Position numbers and translations under genes: made by a program. From Tubulanus polymorphus (lineage: Eukaryota > Animalia > Nemertea), in assembly GCF_964204645.1 (NCBI RefSeq), contig NC_134035.1, forward strand, positions 7,596,451-7,660,450: a DNA stretch of 64,000 nucleotides. Direction: 5' to 3'. Below, one piece after another: positions 1-9,600 of this stretch (positions within the stretch are counted from its first letter, which is position 1; each line of letters begins with the position of its first letter). Under the pieces are notes generated by a model that ran no database searches, was not told the DNA's origin, and saw nothing but the letters and a program-made list of their open reading frames with translations.

Positions 1-4
1 ATTT

Positions 5-955
5 ATGTTAGAACAACCAACGTATACAACACATAAAAAAATTGTTAGAAAATATAAAACTCGTAAAACTATGGTAAGTTATGTAGATCAACAGTGGCAA
101 GGAGATTTAATTGATATGAAAAATGTTAAGAAAGATAATGATGATTATTGGTGGTTATTGAATATAATTGATATTTTTAGTCGTTATGTATGGAGCTTCC
201 CACTTTATAGAAAAGATGCTGTACAAACATCAAATGTTTTAAGAAAATTTCTTTCGGATGATAAACTAAAACCAGAAAAAATACAATTTGATGATGGAAA
301 AGAATTTGATAATTCACTTGTTCATGAACTCTTAGATAATCATAATATTAAATATTTTTCAACAAAATCAGATAAAAAAGCAGCAGTTGTTGAACGATTT
401 AATAGAACATTAAGAACAAGAATGTGGAAATATTTTACAGCAAATAATACTTTTAAATGGATTGATATTTTACCAAAATTGATAGAAGGATATAATAATT
501 CTTATCATTCTTCTATTGGAATGAAACCTATTGATGCTAGAAAACCTGAAAATGCTGAAATTGTTTGGAATAATTTATATGGAGCATTTCTTATAGATGA
601 TTTTGGCGAACCTAAATTTAAAGTTGGTCAAAATGTTAGAATTTCTAAGTATAAAAAGATATTTGATAAAGGATACGATCGAAATTTTACTAGAGAAATA
701 TATAAAATAAAAAAGGTAATAACAACAAAACCATATGTCTATAAATTAGAAGATTTAGATGGTGAAGAAGTTGATGGCTACTTTTACGAAGAAGAATTAA
801 GTTTAACTACTGAAAATCTAGAACAAGAATATAAAATTGAAAAAGTAATAAAAACAAAAACTATTAAAAGAAAAAAATATTCTTTAGTAAAATGGGTTGG
901 ATGGCCAGATAAATTTAATGAATGGATATTATCAAGTAAAATTAAAAATATATAA
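5..955 (+). CDS. Polinton-type retroviral-like (rve/DDE) integrase with C-terminal chromodomain; probably 5'-partial
   Basis: DDE motifs are QWQGDLIDM, QFDDGKEF and VVERFNRTL, followed by YNNSYHSSIGMKP. The chromodomain is YKIEKVI...LVKWVGWPDKFNEWI. The frame is open to the window edge. Confidence 0.93.
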   Translation: MLEQPTYTTHKKIVRKYKTRKTMVSYVDQQWQGDLIDMKNVKKDNDDYWWLLNIIDIFSRYVWSFPLYRKDAVQTSNVLRKFLSDDKLKPEKIQFDDGKEFDNSLVHELLDNHNIKYFSTKSDKKAAVVERFNRTLRTRMWKYFTANNTFKWIDILPKLIEGYNNSYHSSIGMKPIDARKPENAEIVWNNLYGAFLIDDFGEPKFKVGQNVRISKYKKIFDKGYDRNFTREIYKIKKVITTKPYVYKLEDLDGEEVDGYFYEEELSLTTENLEQEYKIEKVIKTKTIKRKKYSLVKWVGWPDKFNEWILSSKIKNI

Positions 956-1564
956 ATGAATAAGGAATTATTCATATTTGAGCCTCATAATATGTTAATT
1001 TCTGGTGTAACAAATTGTGGAAAAACTTATTTTATATTACATTTATTAGAAACTGTTTACGAAAACTATTTTGATAATATAGTATTATTTTGTCCAACAT
1101 ATGAATTTAATCAAACTTATGATAGAAACATTACTAGAAATAATAAATTTATTATATTAGATCCTAAAACAGTAAAAGAAAATTTAGATAATTGTATAAA
1201 AATAGCAATTGATATTTATAAAGGATCAAATACATTATTTATCATAGATGATTGTGCTAATCTACATGATTCAAAAGTTAGAGAAAGTGAGTTATGTTAT
1301 TTAGCTTTCTCTGGAAGACATTTTGGGATAACAACTTGGGTTTTAAATCAAAAATATAATTCAATTGTTAAAGATTTTAGAGAAAACATTAGATTTCTAG
1401 TTTTATTCTACAATAAAGATAGAAAATCAATGAAAAATGCACTTGAGGAAAATGATATTATTCCACATGATTTACATAATGAATATATGGATGAGTTGAA
1501 AAATATTAAAAGATCAAAATTACTATTTAGATTACAACACCCATTTAAATATGAATTTATTTAA
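956..1564 (+). CDS. A32/FtsK-like DNA packaging ATPase
   Basis: Walker A GVTNCGKT, Walker B LFIIDD, A32-type GRH motif and downstream LNQKY. The ATG directly follows the integrase TAA. Confidence 0.9.
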   Translation: MNKELFIFEPHNMLISGVTNCGKTYFILHLLETVYENYFDNIVLFCPTYEFNQTYDRNITRNNKFIILDPKTVKENLDNCIKIAIDIYKGSNTLFIIDDCANLHDSKVRESELCYLAFSGRHFGITTWVLNQKYNSIVKDFRENIRFLVLFYNKDRKSMKNALEENDIIPHDLHNEYMDELKNIKRSKLLFRLQHPFKYEFI

Positions 1565-1845
1565 ATTCAACTAGTTTGTTAATCTAATTGAATTCTAGTT
1601 ACATTCTAGTTGAATTCTAGTTGTTAGTAGTTGAAACAAAAATCAATTAGATTTAACAATATTTCAACTAGCTTGTTAATCTATTTTAATTCTAGTTACA
1701 TTCTAGTTGAATTCTAATTGTTAGTAGTTGAAACAAAAATCAACTAGAATGTAACTAGAAATAAACAAAAACAACAATATTTCAACTAGCTTGTTAATCT
1801 AGTTGAATTCTAGTTACATTCTAGTTGAATTCTAGTTGCAACAAC
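1565..1845. repeat. Intergenic array of three ~95-120 bp units built from 11-bp modules (CTAGTTGAATT / CTAGTTACATT) with internal inverted copies
   Basis: Units start near 1566, 1662 and 1781 (TTCAACTAG[T/C]TTGTTAATCTA). CAACTAGAATGTAACTAGAA at 1741-1760 is the reverse complement of the repeated TTCTAGTTACATTCTAGTTG. Confidence 0.9.
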
Positions 1846-1869
1846 ACAACTAATTTGTTTGTTATATAA

Positions 1870-2475
1870 ATGGGAGGTGAAAAGAAAATAAAATCTAAAA
1901 ATGGTGATGTTACAATTGAAAAAACTTTAGATGATTTAGGAATAACAGAAACAAAATTAACTCCAGATGATGGTGCTTTAAATAATGTTACAACAAATAA
2001 TAATTATGAATATTATCTTTATTGTAAACATCAATTAGAAATATTAATAGCATCTGGAAAATGTAAAAATTTTGTCGGTAAAAATTTAACTTATAATGAA
2101 TTAGATACAATGAAATCGGATGAAATTATTAGATTATTTAAGATTTATGAAGCCGCGAGAACAGCTAGAATTAATGATGCGATATCAGAAAATGTAGTAA
2201 AAGGTTATAGTAAATTATGTAATTATATACTACCAATTGAAAATGAAAATAGATTATATTCCGATTTAAAAAATGATTATTTAGTTATGACTGAATTAAA
2301 TAAATGGATTGGATATTTATCATTTCAATTAGGCGGATTTATGACATTATTATCAACTGGAGTTATAACATTTTCAAATATTGAAAGTAAAAATATTTCT
2401 ATAATAAATGAGCGAGGTGAAAGAAGTGAAGGAATTAACTGTGAAGAAAAAACCGAGAACTCAGAAACAAATTGA
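1870..2475 (+). CDS. Uncharacterised Polinton-like element protein (201 aa, helical, hydrophobic segment near C-terminus)
   Basis: Long intact ORF in AT-rich DNA with the same composition as its neighbours and a TAAATG start. Hydrophobic stretch WIGYLSFQLGGFMTLLSTGVITF. Confidence 0.78.
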   Translation: MGGEKKIKSKNGDVTIEKTLDDLGITETKLTPDDGALNNVTTNNNYEYYLYCKHQLEILIASGKCKNFVGKNLTYNELDTMKSDEIIRLFKIYEAARTARINDAISENVVKGYSKLCNYILPIENENRLYSDLKNDYLVMTELNKWIGYLSFQLGGFMTLLSTGVITFSNIESKNISIINERGERSEGINCEEKTENSETN

Positions 2476-2776
2476 ATGGTCTCGACAATTAGGAATTAAA
2501 TCACAAGAATATAAAAAAGCTGTAAAAGAAAAAATAAGTAATAAAAATGTTAATAAAAATGGTGAAAATATTGTTATTTCTACTCCTTCTGATAGTAGAA
2601 TATTTGATAAATATTTATATTTTACAGTTGGATTTGTAATTGTGTTCATTTTGATTGGGTGTAATTGGTATAAGAAATCAAATAAAATTCATGATATTAG
2701 TAATTCTGAACCAACTGCTATCAAAAATGAAAATACTTCTGAAATTCCAAAATTAATAATAAAAAAAATGGATTAA
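2408..2776 (+). CDS. Uncharacterised small single-pass membrane protein of the Polinton-like element
   Basis: Basic N-terminus (KKKPRTQKQ) and one TM segment YLYFTVGFVIVFILIGCNWY. TAAATG start; overlaps the previous ORF by 68 nt. Confidence 0.72.
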   Translation: MSEVKEVKELTVKKKPRTQKQIEWSRQLGIKSQEYKKAVKEKISNKNVNKNGENIVISTPSDSRIFDKYLYFTVGFVIVFILIGCNWYKKSNKIHDISNSEPTAIKNENTSEIPKLIIKKMD

Positions 2777-2912
2777 TATTTTAGAAAAAAAGCAAAAAAA
2801 TAATTGAATATCTCACTACTTTTGTCTATCTATGCGGAGCAATTAAATTGTCCAGATAAGTCATTTCGGATTCTAGATATTCATTATTTTTACTAATTTA
2901 TTTTTTTTAAAT

Positions 2913-3239
2913 TTAATCAACAATTTCTAAATCATGATGGCCATCTTCATTTTTTCCATGATAGATTATTTTAAATCCTTCTAAATCTTTTAATTCCTCT
3001 GTACTCAATGAAGCCCATTTATCAGGTAAAAATACTTTAAATTCTCGCGATGTACTTACATTACAGTAGCTTAAATTAGCTGATACTTTCTCTCCATATT
3101 TAGTTTTTATCTTTTCTAATTTCAATATTTTATGTTCAATTTCTTTTGTAACATCAACTAACTTTTTTATTTCAAATTGTTTTTTTGCTGGTTTTATTCT
3201 GTTATTTATTGTTGCTAAGAATGCTTTTCTATCCCCCAT
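2913..3239 (-). CDS. Uncharacterised small basic protein of the Polinton-like element (possible OB-fold nucleic-acid-binding protein)
   Basis: Intact 108-aa ORF convergent with the plus-strand block, with a TAAATG start. Beta-strand-like pattern TKYGEKVSANL...KVFLP...KIIYHG. The fold is a guess. Confidence 0.68.
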   Translation of the reverse strand: MGDRKAFLATINNRIKPAKKQFEIKKLVDVTKEIEHKILKLEKIKTKYGEKVSANLSYCNVSTSREFKVFLPDKWASLSTEELKDLEGFKIIYHGKNEDGHHDLEIVD

Positions 3240-3325
3240 TTATTAGGAAAAAAAATTACTTGTGGTGATGAGTGGTGTCTCGTCCTCTCGTCCTCTGATC
3301 TGAAACCCCACTTTTCTAATTACTT

Positions 3326-3369
3326 AGTTTGACGTTTCGACTCAAATCTATGAGCCATTTTCAAAAACT
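3326..3369 (-). ncRNA. Minimal type I hammerhead ribozyme motif (Penelope-like element type, U3-A8 core variant); a decayed inverted copy lies at 3372-3415 (+)
   Basis: The minus strand reads AGTTT-TTGAAAA-T-GGCTC-ATAGATTT-GAGTC-GAAA-CG-TC-AAACT. This gives helix I AGTTT/AAACT, helix II GGCTC/GAGTC, a palindromic ACGT helix III and a GUC cleavage triplet. Confidence 0.68.
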
Positions 3370-3634
3370 GAAATTTTTGAAAATTGCTCATAGATTTGAG
3401 TCAAAACGTCAAACTATCAGATAGTTTTTCTTTTTTATTGTGGGTTTTTGTCGACTAATTGATATTGGACAGGCACTTGTCTATGGAAACCAAAAATGAA
3501 AAGTTTCTGTAGTAAAATGATATCTATATTTCTATGTTTCGGCTAAATACTATTAGAAATCATCAGGCGCACTGATCATCAGAACTGTTCATTTTTGGCT
3601 TAATTTATTGTGGGATTTCTCTCATTATTCATCA

Positions 3635-6600
3635 TTACACGGATATTGTGTATCTTCTCGTCTCGTCATATAAAGTATCCGCTGATCTCTTCCTCGTCGA
3701 AATCTTACCGAGACATTTCGGCGGCGATCCTGACCACCCGGTCACTGCGCAAGTCAGACTACTCGGTGGAGAATCGTAGTGTTTTCCGCTGGCACAAAAT
3801 AACTTGACAGTAGCTGAGTAGTCGTAATGTTGTTGTATCGGGTATGCCAGCACGCCATTAGTAAGGTTCGGACTCGAACAATTACTTACTACACGAGAAA
3901 GCCAAAAAGCATAAAAAGCAATAATAAGCAAAATTGTTGTCGCGTTAGTATCATTCAAATTTTGTAAAAACAAGCTTACATTCACATACGGGAGGTGTGC
4001 CTTCATAGTATGTCGTTCCGTCAGTATTTTGGATACATTTCAGTTCTAAATCGCCAGAAACATGTACGAACCCCTCCTTGCAGTGATAAAATACGTAGTG
4101 TCCCGGGGTGAAGAGATATTCGCTGTTTTGTATACGAACGTTCGTCCCGGCTGGTGGTGGACCGCAACTCGGAGCTGAAATGAAGATCGCGTTGAATTTT
4201 GAAACCATAAACCATAATTCAAGGTTAAGGGATGGTCTTTTTAAATGTAGCTGTTAGAATTAAATCTATGTCATTTTCATTCGAATCACTCGAAAAGAGT
4301 TTCTCTTTAAAACTGAATGGTTCATTCTTCTTTCGTAACATGTCAATGTTTAGTTCATGATCGTTAAGTTGGTTATCTTCATAAGTAAGCCTACCCTTAA
4401 AACTGCTACCATCGTATCGAGTACCGGACTAAAAACGTTACCTGCGAACGGTATGTCACACCAATTCCATCGTTTCCAAGTGTCCGTGTAACACCAAGGA
4501 TTAGGTTCAACGTCCGGATTACGGCAGTGGTTTGCCGCGGCGTCCCAACTAGAATCCGGATACTTGCTCAGATCGTGATACCAATGTTTATGTGGTGAAT
4601 CGGAGTCCCAGCGCTGACATGGTCGTCCGTCGATTGTTACCGATATGTTCCCAGTGTATTCCACACCGGGTCCCGTAGTTCGGTAAAGATTGTTGACTTC
4701 GCCGCCACCTGAAACACATAACGATTGTGCGTTACTAAACGATGGCAATTAGTGCGTCTATTTACTACGTTCAAGTCACTCGCACACTTTCCTCTGAGAT
4801 CAAAAAAGGTTTGTACATTTCTGGCAGCAGCCGAAATGATTTATCAGGACCCAGTTCCACAGTTCTGGGTTAAGATTTGACTCTGAGTCAACTCATTGAA
4901 AATGAACTAATTCCGAGTTAACTCTAACTCACAACTGTTGAACTGGGTCCAGTTGATTTTCAAATAAAAAGCTGAACATATAAACAAAGGGTAAATCACT
5001 AACGTACCCATACAAACAGGTCTATTTTCGATCCAGAGTCCTTTGTAGCCACAAGTTCGGATTAAACTGCCGGACGCTTTGATTGAACCTGCTGTACACG
5101 CGTACTCAGCTATTTCGTATAAATTGTATTTCGATTTCTGGTTGATTAACACAGCGTTTTCCACCGTATCCGGAATACATTCAGTGATTGCTAAAAACAG
5201 TAATCCCGATATTACCCAGTCCTAATAGCAATTTAATTCATTGTTTCATAGCGATATGTGCAGGTTTCTTGTATCTATGATACTTACGTTCGCAAACTAA
5301 CGGAGTACCGGAGAATTTGCCGTCTGACTGACAGATTCTGATTTCATTACCGGACACCTTCTGATGATAAGCCGGGCACTGATAAGTTATCGTATCACCC
5401 TCAGATATCGACGACGACTGTGCGCTGGTGAGTTTGGCGACTTTGGTAGATTCTGGCATACCGCAGCTTATTTCTGAAAACATGTCATGCAAGAAAGCGC
5501 TTTATTATGGTGGCTGATTCAGGCAATACTGGAAAATATTTCTGTACGGAGGAACGATAACACAATTTTCACATTGGTCCGTCGTTTTGTTGTCTCGCGC
5601 AAGAATTCAAAACCTTTGGTTTTCTCATCAGAGAATTCAAAAAGTTACTTCTAGATTTCTTGTGCAAGAATATGGGCCAATGTAAAAAATTTTACATTGT
5701 GTAGTAGGCCTACAAGTTTTTAATCAACGTTCATACGTTGTTGGAATAAAGAAGTTTCCAGTTTCTAGGCGCCATTTTGATGCGGTCCCTCGAGGTCCCC
5801 ATTGTTGCTATAATTGGCGCTCATTTTTAAAACGTAAGTTTAGATTGAAAATCAAATAACTTTGCAGTCCCTTGCTTGATTAAATTCTTTTATAGTCCAT
5901 TCTAAAGGAAATGAAATGCAGATATTTGCCGGTGATTCTTGGATTCTTTTAAAACAATGTGTATAAGTATGGTTGTATGTGTATATGTATGTGTATGTGT
6001 TATGTATATTTATATGTATATGTACATGTATGTCGTTATTATATCCGAATTATTTCGTTTTTCTTCTCTTTATTTTCATCTTATGTGTATTTTTTTCTGT
6101 CTTTACTAGGGCTGCTAAATGTTGCTTCAAAGCAGTCCCTCATTTTAATATTATTACATCTTTAAGGTATTTCCTCACTCATTAATTTTTTTTTTGTAAA
6201 AATTTTACTTGAAAATAAATCATATCATATAATATCAATAATTAATATTAATAATTAAGATGATGTGAAACCAAGGACCGCATATTTAAACCGCGCGTAA
6301 AAAATTGCGATTTTTATCAATTTTGAGATATCTAAGTGGTTATTAAAGCTAGATTTACTTAGTTACTTACTGCAGCTAGGACACGCCGTATTCGAGGCTG
6401 AAAATGAATGCGTATCAATTCTTATCATTTCAACTATGGAAGGGGTGTTTTTGAAAGAAAAATGGAAGTTTACTTAAACCAGACACGATTAACGTTACAT
6501 GATACGGTCACTGAAGAGAATTGTCAGAGATTCAAAGATGCATCTCTGATTTCATATTTCAAGTCATAGTTTATCATCGGTAGCGTCATGTGAAATTTAT

Positions 6601-9600
6601 AACTTTTTTTTCTAGTAATTGTTCGTTGTGATCTGAACTTACTGTCACAATTTGGCTGAACCCCCGACCAGCTTCCCTCGTCACACGTAAGATGATCGTC
6701 ACCGGATATCTTGTAGTATCCAGAATTACACGTGATATCAATACGGTATCCGTGTGGATACACAGGTGCCGGGTTTGATACCGTGGCTCCTTCTACATTT
6801 ACACCGCTACAACTGGATACTGAAGCCAATGAAAATACGTTTTCTTCAAATGAAAATTCTAATCAGTTACTATAAAATGAATCCTATAGTTCAGTGAATC
6901 CTATTCACTGAGATCGTTTATATATATAATTTCAGACAATTCTACAAAATACAAACATCGTCGTAACTTACGAATAGGTTGCACAGTCGCTTGGATCGAA
7001 TAGTTACGGCATGTATTCGCCTGTAGGGTTAGGGTCACTGTATCACCGATATTCACAGTTCCAGGGGAATTATTTTCGTAAATTGCTCCCTCGTAGTTCT
7101 TGTCCTTGGCGCATGAATCATACGTCATCGACCGGTCTCCGCTGATATACTGGAAACCGATGACGTCATTAGCTTGAGCAACGATTCGTTCGTTTGCCGG
7201 AATATGTTTCGTAATGAACCGTTCGACTTCAGTTTCGATCTCATTTTGTCCAATTAACTGGAATGTTCCGTTTGCTGCGTCAACTATTCTCCAAATTTGC
7301 AGGGCTACCGTTCCGGACAATGAACCGAATACGTCCCACTGCGACACTTTTCCATTTTTCGGTAGGGTGACCTTCGCGTCGATGATCAGAGTTTTAGAAC
7401 TTGTGTCGGTATACCGACGATCGATTACAGGTCTGCCAGCAGTTGCGACGGCATATTTTGATTCTAAATGAAATTTCAGAAATCAAGCCATTATTGAAAA
7501 TCTTCCAATAATCGTGCTAGGTGCGGATCCAAGAGGGGCGGTAAGATGTCTCGAAAATTTCTGATAGTGTTATCAATAAACCATTTTACAGTTGCTAGCC
7601 GCCATTTGGTTAGGGTACTTTTGTCCTGAATTGTTTTGCCATTTTTTTCTCCTTTTTAAAAATCTGTGATGCGCGTTTTATCATATTTCCTCGGTCCCTG
7701 GATGTATTTTGGCAGTTTCAGCAACATTTAAACCGTGTGAATCTCTAGTTTTCATTTTTGCAAAAATCATCTCTAAAATTTGCAACAATGCGACATGAGA
7801 GCGATATAAAAATCGGTGATCAGTTTTTGCCGCACGCATAAAAATGCGTGGGGTACTGAACTTTGAGGTTCGTTATTTTCAGAAATAATTCAATATCAAC
7901 GATGAAAGCACCACAATTCAGATCTGTATCGATCGCTGTTTGTGACGTCTGACAAATTACTAGGTAATGCTCAAATTGTTAAAGAAAGCACCATTCATTG
8001 AAATATAAAAAAGATTGGGAAAACACTGCGCTTGACCTCTCTAAAATCAGATCAGATTTTAAGAAATATTCTGTGTCGTCGGAAAGGCAATTTAAAGTTT
8101 TGGCGATTTATCAATTATTCAATTTGCATGCGCGGTTCACAGATTGTTCGCGATAATCTCACCGATACACATGGGCACCGATCCAGCGTATTCGCCGTCT
8201 GACAGACATCGTCTCGTCGTGTCGCTAGTCACCAGTTCAAAGCCGTCCATGCACTCATAAATGATCGCTTCACCTGGGAACATCGTCTCCTGATCTGAAC
8301 CTGTGGCGACTATTACGTTTGCCGGTTTTGTATTTAGCCCACATCCTTTCACTGCGCGTTCAAAATCAGAATATGATAATAAGAAAAGCTTAAATAATTA
8401 GTAAAAAATCATAAATTGTCTATCATCAATGCTTCGTTAACAAGAAGTGTTGGTTTATGTGGAAATTGTTTCATAAGATATGCTAGATATTCAGGGCCAA
8501 CTTCGGTTTTCGTGGGTAGTCGACTAGTTGCAGGAACTAATAACCGAACGCGCTATAGTTCGGTCGTAACGTATTTCACAGTGTCGGCCATCTTGGAAAA
8601 TGGGTCGGAACTACAGCGACCATGCTCAATCCCGTGGTCGACCATTTCCGGACCATAGTTCCGACTAACGGACATTCGGTGTCATTTAGTTCGACAATAG
8701 TCGGCTAACTCCGATAACCGAAATTCGCCCAGGCTGTAAACTTCAACGAACCCGATATTGGTGGCACTTCTGGTCGACATACACCGCAGCTCTGTCGACA
8801 TTTAACTTTTGCAAAAAGTGGACTGTTCTCGCAAATAGATGGATTTCGTTTTATCACACCCAAACAGTCGTGAAGTGCATCAACACAACGACCACTGTCT
8901 GTATAATGAATGAGTAATAATGAATAATTTCATTGCCTCATTTTCTAATAAAGGACGATTTTCTGAGTAAATAATCTCAAGGTATTTGCGCAACAATTCC
9001 CACCTGAAACCTTCCCTATACAGATGAAATGTTTGGTATTGTCGCATCTATCGGTCCACCATCTGTGTTTGTCGACTTTCAAATACATGCATGACGCCGA
9101 TGTATCTGTCGGCGCCGAGCCGTACTTGGACCATGATGTGAAATCTAAAGCACTGCCATCAGACCAACCCCAACTACCACCACTGAGAGTAAGGCCGACC
9201 CACGCGTTACTCTTTCCATTGTTTATGCTAAATATCGTCACAAATGTACATTTTACATTCATGCAAAACGAAAGACTAATAAAACAAATTTGAGTTCAGC
9301 TACAGCTACTGGTGACTTATCACTTATTCGTTCATATATAATACGTACATTTGACCAAGGAGATCGTTTTGGAGGATTTCATCATGTACGGATGCGAGTT
9401 CGTAGCCGAATTTGTTGCATTCGATGATTGCACCGTTGAACGAGGCGGCTTCGTCTGATACGTAGACACAATATCCATTGACTTCTACCGAACCTGGTAA
9501 ACAACCTTTGACGCAAACAGAAATGCTTTTAAAATTTTCACCGATGATAGAAATATCAGAAGCTTCCTAAAAGGTCTCTCGCAAATAATCAAGGTTTTTG

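Larger units (their letters stand above)
1..3324. mobile_element. Polinton/Maverick-like (polintovirus/adintovirus-type) endogenous viral element, right end; continues left of the window
   Basis: Intronless, tightly packed ORFs include the diagnostic pair of chromodomain-bearing rve integrase and A32-like ATPase. The block is markedly more AT-rich than the flanking host DNA. A candidate terminus ...CTAATTACT at 3324 reads 5'-AGTAATTAG on the minus strand, and Polinton ends begin with AG. The exact boundary is inferred. Confidence 0.88.
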
